Source: Calcarisporiella thermophila CBS 279.70 (Eukaryota; Fungi; Calcarisporiellomycota). Taken from it: a DNA stretch of 64,000 nt. Below, in pieces: positions 49,052 through 63,011 of this stretch; position 1 is the stretch's first letter, and the number at the start of each line of letters is the position of its first letter. The notes under the pieces were generated by a model that saw nothing but the letters and a program-made list of their open reading frames with translations, was not told the DNA's origin and made no database searches. The stretch is taken from the NCBI RefSeq assembly GCF_041956535.1, contig NW_027192225.1:2890-66889 (forward strand). The letters are read 5' to 3'. A program made the translations under genes and the position numbers.

Positions 49052-50932
49052 ATGCTCTTGCCGTCATCATCACTAATTATGCGGCATCGCATTCGCCATT
49101 CCCTAATTTCATATCCCGCATCGTTACCTCGGCGGCCGTATTCGTCCAAATTCACCCCGAGCAAATACCGTAATCGTGTTGCTCTTCCCCTCATTCTCGC
49201 CGTAGCCGGAGGATCCTACTATGCCTATCACCATCACACCCCTACCCGTCACACGGTGACGGCGGTATGGCGCTGCACATACGCTGGCTATGTCGGCAGC
49301 GCTATTGCGCTGGATTACAAGCTGAACTTTTGGAAGAAGTTTGGATCTGAGGTGGAGGAGCGAGAAAACAAGAGAAGGGTCCATAAGCGGAGCGCAGAGA
49401 GAGTGCTCGAAGGGTGCAAGCGCTTGGGGGGGATCTACATCAAGCTGGTAGGCTGATTGATCTCATAGCCGCCCATTCTGTTTCCATGGTGCGTTAACCC
49501 CTTAACCTTCTGCTTCATAGGGCCAGCATTTGTCGGCTATGCAGTATATTCTCCCTCCCGAATGGACCAAAACCCTGGCACCTCTCCAGGATCGGTGCCC
49601 GGCCACCCCGTTCCAAGAGGTGGAGCAGCTCTTCCTTTCCGATCTCGGCCAATCGCTGCAGTCCCTATTTTCCCACTTTGATCCCATCCCGATCGGGGTT
49701 GCTTCGCTCGCCCAAGTGCATCGTGCCCGACTGCGCGACACCGATCAACTGGTGGCCGTGAAGATCCAGCACCCGCACCTGGACGAGTATTGTCGGGTTG
49801 ATCTGGCCGTGACCACGCAAATCATCGAGTTTGTGAGGTGGGCGTTCCCCGAGTTCGAGTTCGGCTGGCTGGCCGAGGAGATGAACACGAGCCTGCCGGT
49901 GGAGATGGACTTCAGGTGCGAGGCCGAGAATGCCAGGCGGGTGCAGCGAAATTTCGCGGGGGCGAGAACCTCGCTCAAGGTGCCGGACGTGCTGTGGGCA
50001 CAGAGGAGGATTCTATGCATGGAATTTATTGAGGGGGGGCGCATCGACAATCTCGAGTATCTGCAGGAGCACAAGATCGACGTCAACAAGGTGTCGCTGG
50101 AGCTGGCGCGAATCTTCTCGGAGATGATCTACCTTCAAGGGTAAGTGGACCTATGCCATGTTGGTGATGGTGGCGGTGACATGGGACGTGTGGGTGGAAA
50201 AAGCAGGAAGGATGGCTAACGCTTGGCTTTTTCTTCAGGTACGTGCATTGCGATCCCCACCCCGGAAATCTCCTCATCCGCCCCTCCCAGCCCTCTTCTC
50301 ACTCCCCCCACAACTTCGAGATCGTCCTCCTGGACCACGGGCTCTACCGGGACCTGCCGCCGCAGTTCCGCGTCAACTATGCGCACCTGTGGACGGCCAT
50401 CATCCGCGGCTCGGAGGAAGAGATCGCCTACTACTCACGGCAGGTGGGCGGGACGGAGGCGCACCGGCTGTTTGCATGCATCCTGACCGGCCGGGATTGG
50501 GCCGCGATCGGAGAGGGCAAGCTGACCGACGGGGGCTGGACGGAGGCCGAGGCCGAGCGCATCCGGGAGGGCGCGGCGGAGTACGCCCTCGAGATAGTGG
50601 AGCTGCTTGCCAAGGTGCCGCGGCTGCTGCTTCTTCTCTTCAAGACCAACGACCTTCTGCGGTCGGTGGACGTCGCGCTGCGCACCACCCACGGCGACAA
50701 GGCCACCATTGTCGTCATGGCTCGCTTCTGTGCGGCGGCCGTGTTCGAGGACTGCAACCATCGGGTGACGGAGCTGATTCAGACCCGGGGCTTGCAATGG
50801 AGCGTGTTGCGCGAATGGTGTGGGTGCCTGATGAATTACTGGAGTGTGGAGATGCGGCTGTTTGCGATGGCCGGTCTCGAGTGGATCAAGGGGCTTCTGT
50901 CGCTCTCGGTGGCACGGTTACTCGCCTTTTGA
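49052..50932 (+). CDS. ADCK1: ABC1/aarF atypical kinase, ADCK1/Mcp2-like, probably mitochondrial (3 exons)
   Basis: GGIYIKL/GQH, IGVASLAQVH, VAVKIQ, EMDF, LCMEFIEG, HCDPHPGN, LDHGLY; Arg/Ser-rich presequence. Confidence 0.93.
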
Positions 50933-51877
50933 GCCTCTCCGTTAAGGGGCCGCTTCGATCTTTTTTTGTTTGACAGATAAGCGTGTAAACATACCACCGA
51001 AACCAAAAAATAGATGCTGTATGCAACCAAAAAAAAATATAGCTGTGCCATATAGATACACTTATACGCATTTATACCAACCCCTCCTCTATACATGACT
51101 CCGTTGAATAGACTAGACGCAGAGGGATGGGTTGCCTCTGCACTAAATTATTCTGTTTTTTATATATATTACTTATGCTTTTGTTTAACTTGATTCTAAT
51201 AAGCTTTGTGGCTCTACTGAAACGCAATATAATAGAAGGATGCTAGTGTTTCTGTTTCTACTTAAGGGGCGACAATTTTTCGAAACCCATTGGAGTTGGT
51301 GCAAGAGAGGGGGTTGTAGTGAAACGGAAGAAGAGTGGTGCAGAGCACGGTCTGCCACCAGCCAGGGCCGAGAAGCAGGGGGATATTTAGATTTTTTTCT
51401 TTATTATTATTTTTTTATCATTGCAATCGTTGTGTAAATATAACTGAATACCTAGACAAAGGGAGAAAAAGAAGGGGGGTGAAAAAAGAGATAGAACGAA
51501 AAAAGTAAAGTAAACACAAATCATTACGATGACTCTTTTCATTAACAAAATTGAGCCTCGGCGATCAACCGAGAAATGAAAAGGGAGAAGCTAAAAATGA
51601 CAGCTCAAAACTATAATCGATAATTGCTGAAATGAACTAAGAATAATATTTTGCGGAAGAGGAGGCGTGGTGAGGGGGAGGGGAGGAGGAGGGGAAAGAG
51701 ATTAGCAATATCAAGGAGTGTAGTGAGAGTGACAGTCTTTTTTGAAATGAAACTATAAAGGAGAGACTAGGATAATAGGTAAGAGAAGAGGGAAGAAAAT
51801 GAAAACAAAAACACAATATAAGCTAAGCAAAAAAAAAAAAGAAAAATAGTAACAAAAGAGAAGTCAGAATGCACTTT

Positions 51878-54238
51878 TTAGATGTAATTTGTCCAGCACG
51901 CATGTCCGCCTGGTAATGTTCCGTTCAACCTCGGGGCAAAGGGCTGCTCGTTAGCTAGGGCAGTGCCGAATTGCATCCCATTCTCGACGGCAAAAGGGCC
52001 CGCACCGCTCATACTCTCGACCTCCATCTCGTTCACGAACGTCTCCACCGCGCTCAACACCTTGTTCATGTGCAGAAGCTGCCGGGATGCGCACACCTTC
52101 AGGAAAGCCAGCGACCGGGTCAGGTACTGGAAGGCCTCGGCACGCTCCTCCGAGTCGGCCGAGTGCAGGCAGAGCTGTTTGTGCACCATGGCGGCCACAT
52201 TAATCGGGTCGGCCTGCTCGGAGATGAGGCAAAGCTCGCCCACCTCCATCAGTCGCGAGAGGATGTCCACGATCTGGTGCGCATAGCGTTTACAAACGGA
52301 ATGGGCCCGCCGCTCCACGGCCGACCATTCGCTCCGACGCCACTTGCGTAGGGCCTCGCTCAAGATGTTCGCGTAGAGCTGAATATGCACTGCAGCATAG
52401 GCGATCTTAGGAGCAGAGGCAGCGGAGAGGGGGGGGGGGAGGGGGGAAAACAAGAATCCAAGGTTAATATCTCAACCAACATGCCCACTTCATCCCCAAA
52501 ATCAAAATGACTCCAGCGACTGGGCAAAACGAGTTTTCCAAGTTTTTTTTCCCATGCTGCTTACCTCATACTCAGCCACGTATCGCAATACTACCCCCGT
52601 CACGGCGTCCACGCTGACGCGCATGACGGGCGGTCTTCTCCGGTCTCGCTCTGTGAGTAACCGCTCGGCATCCTGGGCAAACACGGCCTCCGTGTCGTAG
52701 TCGAGCTTGCGCTGGAGAATGTCCGCCAGGACCTTTAGGGCGCGTGCTCCGTGGATATTGCACTCCACACAGGTGGCCGTCTCCATGTTGTCCCCCGGGA
52801 GCACGCGGGGCTCATGCTCGGGGCGGAGCTCGTCGAGCACGGGCGAGTAATCCACGAACACAGCGCGAAGCAGCTCCATGAGGGTGACCGCCCATGCGGC
52901 CCTCCGGAAGGGCTCGGAATCCTCGCCCACCGTGCGCAGGTGGTCGATGTGTTGCCGGGCCAGGCCGAGGTAGGGGCTTTGTCGCCCGTCGTAGATGATG
53001 TAGTAGTGCAGCGCCAGCGCCGCCACCACGGTGGCGGTGCGTGGCTCGTCGAAGGATTCAGAGAGGAGGGCGTGGGCCTTTTCGTAGGCAATCTGGGCAA
53101 AGGTCTGCAGGCGGTCGCGGTTCGGCACCTCGCCATGCTGGTTTATGATGTGCCGTGCGGTCCAAGCGAAGATGGACCATTTCATCAGGGGGTCGAGCAC
53201 GCCCGCACGACAAGACGCGACGAATTCCTTGGCATCCAGCACTCGGTACAAAAAGTGACACTCCACCATCACGCGCAGCACCACCTCGACCGAGTCTGCG
53301 TAGAATGGGATGTCCAGATGGGCGTCGGGCTCTTCGTCCTTGCACGCCGTCGAGGCCGGGGTGGACTCTGGGGAGGGGGGCAGGGGGAGTATGGGTGCGA
53401 TGTCGTCGGGCGAGGAGTAGAGCCCGTATTTACGCAGGAAAGTGACCTGGATTTCGATGCCTTTCCGCCTTCTCCGGGCAGGGCCGTCACGCTTTCCCCG
53501 GATTTTACCCCCAGCGCCGCCGCCGCCGCCGCCACCACCACCAACACCACCCCCTCCTCCGGCCAATCCGCCCCCGCCGAAGATTTCAAAGTCGGGGGGC
53601 AGCTTTATTCGGCCGAGCTGATGCCGTGCGAAATCCATCAACTCGGACAGGTTCATAAGATCGGTCTGCACGCTTACCCCCTTCGGACCTTCGGTGACGG
53701 CCCAGTTCTGAGGCAGGCCCAGGAGTCGCCGTACCGACGCGGCAGCGTCATCGCTGCCTCCGCCAAGTGATTGTCTCACGATGCCGCGACTTGCAAGGCC
53801 TGTTTTGATCTCACGCCATCGCTGCTCAAGTTGCAGCACACGACCGCTGGCCTGGTTGACGCGCTGTGAAAACATGCGGATGAACCCGGCGAGGCCGGTG
53901 TTGGTGGCCGGATAGAAACAGTCCAGGCCCATTTGTTTGCAGCGAGAACAGGTCGGCCAATCGAGACTACAACGTGCCTAGAAAGAGACAACATGTTAGG
54001 GGGGGATGAGCCAAGGGAGATGAGGGGGGTATGCCGTCGATGTGCCATCCACCGACCGCCATCGTACCTTTCGAATCCGACATCGTTCGCATGCCTTGGC
54101 GGGGCATCTTCGCTCTTCTTCCTTGGGAGGCTTCGAGTGGAAAAACAGGGGTGAGAGGGACCAAGGCGACTGCTCGCCGCCACCGAAGGACCAGAGCGGG
54201 GCCAGGAAAACTTTTGGGGAGAAGGGCTTTCCCTGCAT
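51878..54238 (-). CDS. Zn(II)2Cys6 fungal transcription factor (3 exons)
   Basis: Spliced ACERCRIRK/ARCSLDWPTCSRCKQMGLDCFYP binuclear cluster, poly-Gly linker and middle-homology-like region (RRAAW). Confidence 0.9.
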
Positions 54239-56093
54239 CACGAGAAGTATTCAGAGCCGAGGCTGATAGAGCACAAATGAGTGTAAATAGAATAAAGTAG
54301 AGGGAATAATGATAATAAAAAATAGAAATAGGCGGGGAGGCAATAAATAGCAAGATAATGAGGGGAGAATCGCAGAGTATAACAGAAAGATAAATTACGG
54401 AGTGGAAGGAATCAGAAATCAACAGTGTGGTTAAGCCTGAGGTTCCCTCGTTACATCTCTTCCCGCCCGCTGTTCTCCTTTCTTCAGGGGGGGGGGACGG
54501 GGGGAAACAAAAAGTATGGGGGAGGGGAGATTGCAAGTCGACTGGAGAGAGAAGCGCGAGAGGGCGGGGAGAGGGGAAAAAAAGCGGCCCGCCAGCAGGT
54601 CCTAAGAAAAAAACTTCTCAAGCGGCTTGGAAAATAAGATAGAAACCTTAAATTTTAATTAAAGTCCCTTTGCGGCAAGCCTTCAGACGCAGGATGAAGG
54701 GGGTTCCCATCCATTACGAGAGCGGTCGCGGATGCCGGTGCACGACAGCTGGCGGATAAGGCAGCCCAGAGGCCAACCGCTAATAAAGCCGCAGCAGACG
54801 CTAGGGTGGAAAAAGCTTTCACTTAGGTTTTCTGTGAACTGTTTTATTCCATGTTGTGTTGAAGGGCGGGATACACCAAAAGGAAAGGGGCGACAGAAAA
54901 AGGTAAAATCAAATAAAATTAGGTTGACCGCTCGCAAGAGAGTTGGGCCACGCCAGCGAGTTGTTTGGGCTCGACAGCGGCTCCAGCCCAAACAGAAAAC
55001 ACACACAAGACAGGCGAGGGGGGCGGGGGGCGGCGCTCTCGCGATCAAGCGGCAAGTTGGCCCGGGAAGGCTGAGGCGGCCCGGCGGTTTGGGGAGGGAG
55101 AAGCGGGGAGGACGCGGTTGCCGCCTGGTAGCTTTAGCCGTAAAAAGCAAGGCGGGATCCGTCGAAATCCTGTTTCCGCTCGCTCTCACCACACCCCCAT
55201 CTTTTTGCCAGCAACCCTAAACTCAATCACATAATAATTGCGTAAAAAAGAAAACAAACAACCGGAGCGCGGCACAGAACCACAATTTGGATTTTATTGA
55301 TTAAATAACTTCAAAATGAATTAATAATCAGCATGGAGCAAGTCGCTTACAAAGTCATGTGAGATGGACAGCAAATGGCAGGGGGGAGGGGGGAGGGGAG
55401 GAAATGCCGGGCTACCAGCTCATAAATAAAACGAAATATTCGTCTAATTAATGGCAATTAATAAAAAATATATAAAATTACAGAATGAACTAGTATCGGG
55501 GATCCAAAGCGGGAATGAATGATATTTCATAATCATTTAGAACTAGGCAATGGATGCAGTGAAGCGTGGGGATATGCGTGCGGAATCAACAAAAAAAGAA
55601 CATGGTAGCCCGAAGAGTCCAATCTGGGTGACGTAAATGCTGACCCTATATGTGAGGCAAGCAATTTAACCCAAGATTGCCCTTTTGTTGAACAAAAACC
55701 AGTCTCGGCTTCGCCTGTGACCCTTCCGAGGTCCGGAACCAATTGATCGGAAAGATATTAACAACGAGCACCTCGGGATAGTGCGCTAATCGGATCCACG
55801 CTGAAAGGGCGAGAAACTGGTCGGGCTACGCTTGTGGTCAGTCAAACATCCACTGCCTTCTCGTTCACAAGTGGAGGAGAGGAAACCGTGGTTATCTTCG
55901 ACTTTCCCTTGAATTGAGCGCAAGCACCTGCTTCAGGACGGGACACTGTTCAGGGGGGTAAACTAGATAGGCGACAGGAGATCGGGGGAAGCGGCGAGAG
56001 GGGGGAATGAGAAAGAGGGAGGGAGAGAAGGGAGAGAGGAAGGAAGGGAGAATGCAAAATAGTGCTGGGCTCCTCTGCATTCCCATTTTATTG

Positions 56094-58933
56094 CTAGTCA
56101 TAGAACTCCCTTCTTCCACCAGCATATCGATTTGCATCCTCTGCTGGCAAAGTGGCAAGGGGATATGGGGCATGCTGGGCCGACGGGCTGTCATACAGCT
56201 CTTCGCCAGGCGCTGAGCTATCATAACCAGCGGAGCTCTCCGGCCCTGTCGCGCTCGAATAACAAGCACAAAATCCAGAAGTCCCGCACGACGGACATTG
56301 GCCTCTCCCCACCCAATTTTCGCCAAACGCCGGGTCGGGCGGGGGGGTCCTTCTCTCTTCAGCCAATGGGTAGAAATGGACCGGGTCGTAGAGCGACTGG
56401 GTGGCCGGGATGGGGCCAAGCGCAGGGGAGAGAGATCGGGGTGAGTGGGTGGCGCGACGTTGCTTTCGTCGGATGCTTCGTCGCGAGTGTCGATAGAAGC
56501 TTGACTCGGGTTCATCGCCCAAGTGAGTAGGATTCAAATGGGGAGACAGCGATGAACCCAAGGAGAGCGGACGGTGGCGCGGGCTACTAGCCGAGCTAAC
56601 GGGGCTTGAGGCTCGATGGACGGGTGAGGCGGGAAGGGGTGCACTGGGTATGCCGCTCATGCCATATTCGTCGTACGCCCCGGACCACGATCGCTGATGG
56701 TACCCCGTGGAGGGGGTCTCATACCCGCCCGCATATCCCGCCGAGTCGTAGGGCTCTTCAAATGGCATAGGCGGGAGCGAGGGCAGTGTGGGGGAAACAC
56801 TGGCTCCAACTTCGTCTCCCGCGGCCGCTAGATCCACCGCCGGCACGGCAGCGTTGACCCGCCCCTCTGCTTGCCTACTCTGCCACATTCGGGCCTTCCA
56901 CATTCGCGCCCCTAACGACTCCAGCATGTCCCCGTCGTAGCCCAGCACAAGCGCGAGCAGCGTTTTGCTCGAGGCTACGAAGAACACAAGATACGCCACC
57001 CAGTGCAGCACTATCTGCACGTACCCCACATACTGTTTGGAGCCCTCGCCCACGCGAAACGCGTCGATATAGGCGAGGGATAGACACATGATGAGGGTGC
57101 GAAGCAACGCGAAAAATTGGTGGAACCGGTTCACCCCGAGATCCGCGTAGGGCCGCATCAGCGAAAGACCGACCAAATAGGCCCCCTCCACCACACACAA
57201 TATCACGACTTGCGCCGTCCCGCTGTCGTGGGCCAGCCCGAGGATGGCGCCATACACAAACCGGTACACCAGCGCCACCAGGAAGAACTGGAAGGTATCA
57301 TCGGTGAACATGTTGTAGAGCGGCCCCAAGCGAAGCAAAATCCCGAAATCGTCGAAGAGGACCGAGGGGGGCCTCACCCGCAGGATGAGGTAGGACACGT
57401 ACGCCATCAACCCAAGAAGGGGAAAGATGATCATCAGCGCCGCCAACATGTTGAGATACCAGACGGAGGGCGTCATCAATTGATAGAAACTAACCGAGAC
57501 GAGAGGAAGGTAGAATATCCAGAGGATGCGAAGGAAATTTCCTACCCAAAAAAAAAGACCACATCAGACGCTGGATTACATTGTCCGTTTCCTAATGCAA
57601 ACGAAGAAGCTTCCCAACATCTCCATCCCCCTTCTTCGCCCTTCAACTGTGCCCTCCGACCAAAGTAGACGAAACTTACCGAGGGTGAAATTGATTACTT
57701 TTGGCCTCGCTCCCCCATATCGGTACGGCCACTGGAAAGCCAGTAGCTCGGTGATGAAAAAGATGACGATATGCACAACAACCACCGCACCCATCACTAT
57801 CAAAAACCAAATGAACACCGTTAGAAAGATCCCCTGCGGATCCACGCCCGCCACAGTCGAAAACCTCCCCAGTCCTTTGTGCGCGAGAGAGGCAACGGTA
57901 TCCGCGAGCTGCTTGTCGGAAGGCTTTTGCGCGTCATGGCTCAGAGCCGTAGAGGCGCCGGTGCCGGTCGAGGATGGGGAGGAGACACCGGATGTGCTTT
58001 GGACAATATTGGTGAGCCAGTCCATCCCGAGGAAGAGACCTGCCCACGAGAAATCCGCCACGAACCACGGGTAGAAGCCGGGATAGCCTAGGCTCAGCTG
58101 GCCGCTGGCCAGAATGAACTGGGCGTAAAACACCAAGTCAATTAAACCGGGCGTCTTCGCCCCCAGTATCTTGGATTCCAGGGCATAGTTGCTGGAGTAG
58201 ATGAAGATATCTCCCGATAAGGGCCGGTGCACAAGGCCAGGCATGATGGAGACGATGGAGGAGAAGAGGGTGATGGCAATGGTGGTCCACGTGAAGCCAA
58301 ACTGCCAGGAGACGCGCTGGAATGACAGGTCGGTCGTGATACAGGTGAACGAAAAAGTGAGCGGGTCTTTTACATGGAACGAAGTGGTCACGCTGCCCAG
58401 AGGAACATTAGGGCTCGGAAGAGGGACCAGCTATAGAAACAGCAGTCAACAACCGTTAATTTCTCGGTCTCCTAAGTTTAGAAAACGCTCCAGATACGTT
58501 ACCAGAGATATGGTCACATTTCCTGGTCGGACGGGGCAGTTTCCCTTCACCAGCTCGCAAAAGTTCTGCGTGTGACTGTAATATTCCACGTTGGCCATGG
58601 ATGCTTTGATAAATGCCGTCGCCAATGCTATCCAATTAAGATGAATGGTAACATTAGTATCGAAATTCCAATACAAAGACAGCTCTCTCTCCTCTCCCTC
58701 TTGGTGCACTTACTTCCTCGTTCCAAGTTTTCGCCCGGGACTTCTTGCGTAGTTGAACCCAGCAATGTGACATTGATTGAATTCGAGCCATAGAGATTAG
58801 AGGTCACACTGGTGAGACTTAAATAGGTAGGGACATTGGGACAATATGCAAATCCATTTTCGGCGTGAGCGAGGAGAGGTGCAATGCTGCCGACAATGAG
58901 GAAGAGAAGAACGCTCTGCCAGTGTAATCTCAT
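56094..58933 (-). CDS. TRP-like (Flc/Pkd2 family) membrane protein with ML-like N-terminal domain
   Basis: Signal peptide, NFCELVKGNCPVRPG, YAQFILASGQLSLGYPGFY, GPLYNMF, MRPY, multiple TM helices and a Ser/Pro-rich tail. Confidence 0.85.
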
Positions 58934-60958
58934 GGAGCTCAAGCGAATAGCAGCGATTCCTTAAACGATATTTGATTTGCAAATGTTTATAAGCAAAAGT
59001 TAGGCCACTATCCCTCTGGCAGTGCCTCAATTACCCTAACCAGTGTCTCGCTCCCTTAAGAAAAAGCTAGAGAACGATGGTTGCTATGGCGGGAAGAGGA
59101 AACCACTTCAATGGAGAAGGAGGAAGGGTCACTGAGAAGAGAAGTGAGGAATTAGGGAATGCAAGATGGATGCAGACAAGCGCTCGGGAAAATAGCTGGA
59201 GAACCGCCGGGTGATTACCAGGGAATTTAGCAGAAGGACTCTAAACAATAAACTATTGCACGAAAAAGGAGAATACGTAGTTTCAATTAAGAAACAAGAG
59301 ACATTCGACAGGTTCATACCGCTCGATGCCAGCCGTTACACCGAGCACAAGAACAGGCCAACATCCAATCGGTGGCCCCTGCCCTCCTCAAACCGCCCTC
59401 AACTTGGCATCGCCCACAAGCAGCCATCCCGCGAGGGTTTCCTTTGGATTCCTTGGCTGAGAATGGGGCAAGGCGACAGCATGGGCTTGTGTAGCAAAGC
59501 AGGCTATGTGGCTGCGCTTTTGTTGCTCGCTCTCAACCTGAATGCGGCGCTGTGCACGGAGGGTTTTATGGCGATGCTCCCTAATTTATCTCCTTTCTGC
59601 TGCAGCCAACCGACTGCTCCCGATGCCCGTGACGCTATTTTCCCTATCATTGCACAGGCTTTGGTGGCTGAGTAAGGCATCCATTGCTGGAGAATACTTC
59701 AGCCTGATTCTGGCAAGGTCGCAGAGGAGGCGGAGGGCTTCGGCCTCCAACCTCTGCCGTACTCTGCTAGTAGCGCTTTGTCATCTGCGTCTTCAAGACC
59801 AGCCGGCACACTAATCAGAGAGGCGACTGCACTATGAATCGGCGCCAATAGGGCTGAATTTGTGTGATCGCACCTAACCTCGGATTGGCAAGGTATCCGA
59901 AGATACGGCATACTGCATGCGATGAGCGTCTTTAGTCACAATCACAGAGTTGCTCTCTCTGAGCGACTAGGACACTCCTTGCAATCTCTGAAGGTTCCTC
60001 TCTGGTTGTACAATTGCAAGGACGGCCTGCCTGCATGTTTGCAAAGCACCGAGGGCCCCATCGTTTAATTAATGAGTTGTACTATTACTATTATGTGGGT
60101 GCGTTTCTGCTGCTGCTTCTGCTTGTTAGAAAACTAGCCGGCAGGAGCCCCAGACTAAACTGCAGCATGCACAGATCTCGGAAAGTTTTCGTCTGCCCAA
60201 AAAGCAAACAAACTAATATAGATTCGTAAAATAGCAAGGCCCCTCAAATTAACGCTAAAAGGCACCCAACTCCAAGGGAAGGCTAGCATGACTGGATTGG
60301 CTTCAGCCATAAATTGGCAATTTCTGAAGGGGCTGAAACGACACCCAAAAAAAATGATGAGGTCATGGTTACAAGGGAGCTCAGCCTAAGATAGAGGTCC
60401 TTGTACACCCCTATCAGTTCAATTTTATGTGTGCGACACACTGATAGCATAAGCGCCTGCCTATTTCCCGTAGAGTTTTCAAGATACGAAGGAGGCCAAA
60501 CAGCATGCAGGCAATCGCAGAGGAACTGCATCTCCTCTCCTGCCCGCGCATTATCGTAGAAAGGATTCAGAGCATATCAGGGGGAGGGGGAGGGTCCGGA
60601 TGGCCAGCCATCGGCGGGCAGACCGGGAGGGAGGGAACAAAACAGAACGCTGGGCTCGTGAAAATGCAGAAGATGCCGGTCATCCCGTCATTCTCCATCC
60701 CACATCCCCAATGTCTTGTGCCACATGTCATGTGACCCGATGCAAGGCCAGGAAAAATAAGCGTTTTGTTTGTTGCCCGAAAAACTAAACCCATGTTGTA
60801 AGATATCATAACGCACCCCCTTATTTGCCTTATTCGCCCGCCATTTTCTCTGCAACTTGGTCCCCTTTGTGCTTCTTGCTCTCTTCTCTCTGCAAGCCTC
60901 TTCATTAGCTTTGTCCGTCTCTGTCATTAGTCCAGAGCCGTTGTACCCTATGTGAAAT

Positions 60959-62329
60959 ATGCAGACTCCTTTCCGCACTCCCTGTACCAGCACCACCTCC
61001 CTCTCGGCTCCCTTGTTCCTTCAACCAACGTCTCTGCGGCTTTCGCGCACCACCACCCATACCTCCTTGACGAATGCGCATGGCGGAACCGCCAGTGCAT
61101 TAGGAGGCTGGGGCCAGGTATATCGACTGGCACGCGGGGCACTGCGGGGGCGGTTCGTGAAACGCCTGTATACCACCCTCGGATACTTGATTAATGGGCG
61201 AGTCGGCAACCTGATTATCGAGAGAAAGATAGGGCAGGGCGGCGAAGGTAACGGTCATGCCCGATGAATGGTAAACTCCGTCCCCCCACTAACCCTTTCC
61301 CCTCGACGGAGTAGGTGTAGTGTACCTTGCCAAACACGCCGAAACCGGACGTCTCTACGCCGTAAAGAGCATCACCACCCTGACATCGGCAAAGGCTCAC
61401 GACGTCGCCCGCCAGATAGACATTGTGCGTGGACTGCGCCATGAGCACATTGTGAAAGTCGTTGCCATTTACAAGACCCTCATCAATACGTAAGTGTCCG
61501 AATGGAGGGAGAGTCGCCGGGAGAAGGGAGCAAGATGTTGAGCCGCCTTTTTTTCCTCTCCATTAGGAATCTTGTCATGGAGTACTGTGAGGGCGGCGAG
61601 ATGTTCGACTATCTCCTAGTCCATTCTCGGATGGACGAGCCTCTTGCGTGGGTCGTGTTCCACCAGCTCCTATCCGCGGTCGAATATCTCCACAAGAAAA
61701 ACATATGGTAACTTGCCGTGTTCCCATTAGGCGGCTGTGGTTGGGTGTGTTATTAAACGGGGCATGCCCTCCTTTATTGGCAATAGCCATCGGGACTTGA
61801 ATCTTGTGAATATCTTCCTCGACAAGAATTTTAACGTCAAGCTTGGCGACTTTGGGTTTGCGGCCTATCAGCGTGACGGCGAGTTGTGCGCGGGGGCGTG
61901 CGGGACCCCGGAGTACGTGGCCCCCGAGGTGCTGCTGGTAAGGGAGAGTCTCTCCGGTGAAGACGCGGCTACTTACTTTACTCTGGGCTTAGTGTTCTCG
62001 ATACGATGGGTTCTCGGCGGACGTCTGGTCGCTGGGGGTCATTCTCTACACGCTGATTGTCGGCAGCTACCCTTTCTGCCCGGACGGGTATGAGGATTTG
62101 CTGACCAACATTCAGCAGGGGCGGTTCCCGGAGCCGGATAGAGTGTCGCTGCAGGTCAGAGACCTAATACGCAACGGGCTGCTGGTGGTGGACGTGGAGC
62201 AGCGTTTCACGGTAAGTGCTTTTGGCGCCACGCGGCTTTCCCTGTGCACGGGACTAACCTTGGTCTGAAACACGCTAGCTGGACAAGATTAAAAGGCACG
62301 TGTGGTATAGAATGCCCCCCGCTGTTTGA
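60959..62329 (+). CDS. CAMK/AMPK-related Ser/Thr kinase-like protein (6 exons), possible pseudokinase
   Basis: GQGGEG, YAVK, MEYCEGGEMF, HRDLNLVN, DFG, CGTPEYVAPE, DVWSLGV. Start codon uncertain. Confidence 0.85.
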
Positions 62330-63011
62330 GGCCAAAGGCATCTCCCCCCAACTTCATGCTACCCATCTCATCTCCTCTATTTATGCCATCCATAATCATG
62401 TTGAAACACTGCGCCTTCTATTTATTGCTATCATTTTTGGTTGTTATATTTGGCTGCTCTTGCCACGTTGTATTCTTATCTTTTTGTATCATATACCGCG
62501 TAATCAGACGGGTGAAATAGGGGCGAAAGACATCCTATTTGAGCCCTCTCAATAAGACTCATGTCGAAGCTAGTTGCGAGTGTGGGTTTCGTAACGCAAA
62601 CGTGATAAATGGGTGACAAACGAGAATAGACCTTTTAACTGTCTATTCTCGTTCATAAGAATATCTAGGACTCACCATTAGTGCGTCCTAGATTAATTAG
62701 CTTAGCATATTGAACAAGTGAGAGAAATCTGGGGATGAAAATTTAATAAATTAATATACTGTAGGTTTGGCATTTCCCAAATAAGCCAAAAGCATTTTTC
62801 GATAGTGGAATTTTAAAAGTAATAGATTATTAGGTGAATTTTTCTCGAGGGGGTAGCAGTTATCACGACCACTCGCTAGCTTTTCATCTAAAGAATATGA
62901 AAATTTCACAATCACAACCTGACACTGCTCTAGGATGATTGGGGATCCAATTGACGAAGAGTCTTGCGCCAGAAAAGGGCAAAATGGGGAAGCTGGGCTA
63001 CACACGCTATA

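Noticed and set aside
52751-53770. 339-aa plus-strand ORF and similar antisense ORFs over NUP159, STE12, ADCK1, subtilase and TRP genes
   Set aside because: Antisense shadows of GC-rich coding sequence.
40905-54238. Secondary-metabolite gene cluster (GNAT, subtilase, ABC1 kinase, Zn2Cys6 factor)
   Set aside because: No backbone synthase; the genes have unrelated housekeeping or secreted functions.
54683-55234. 160-170-aa ORFs on both strands
   Set aside because: Low-complexity, no domain; likely the promoter region of the Zn2Cys6 gene.
59211-60900. Scattered ORFs between the TRP-like gene and the kinase
   Set aside because: No recognisable motifs or consistent exon chain.
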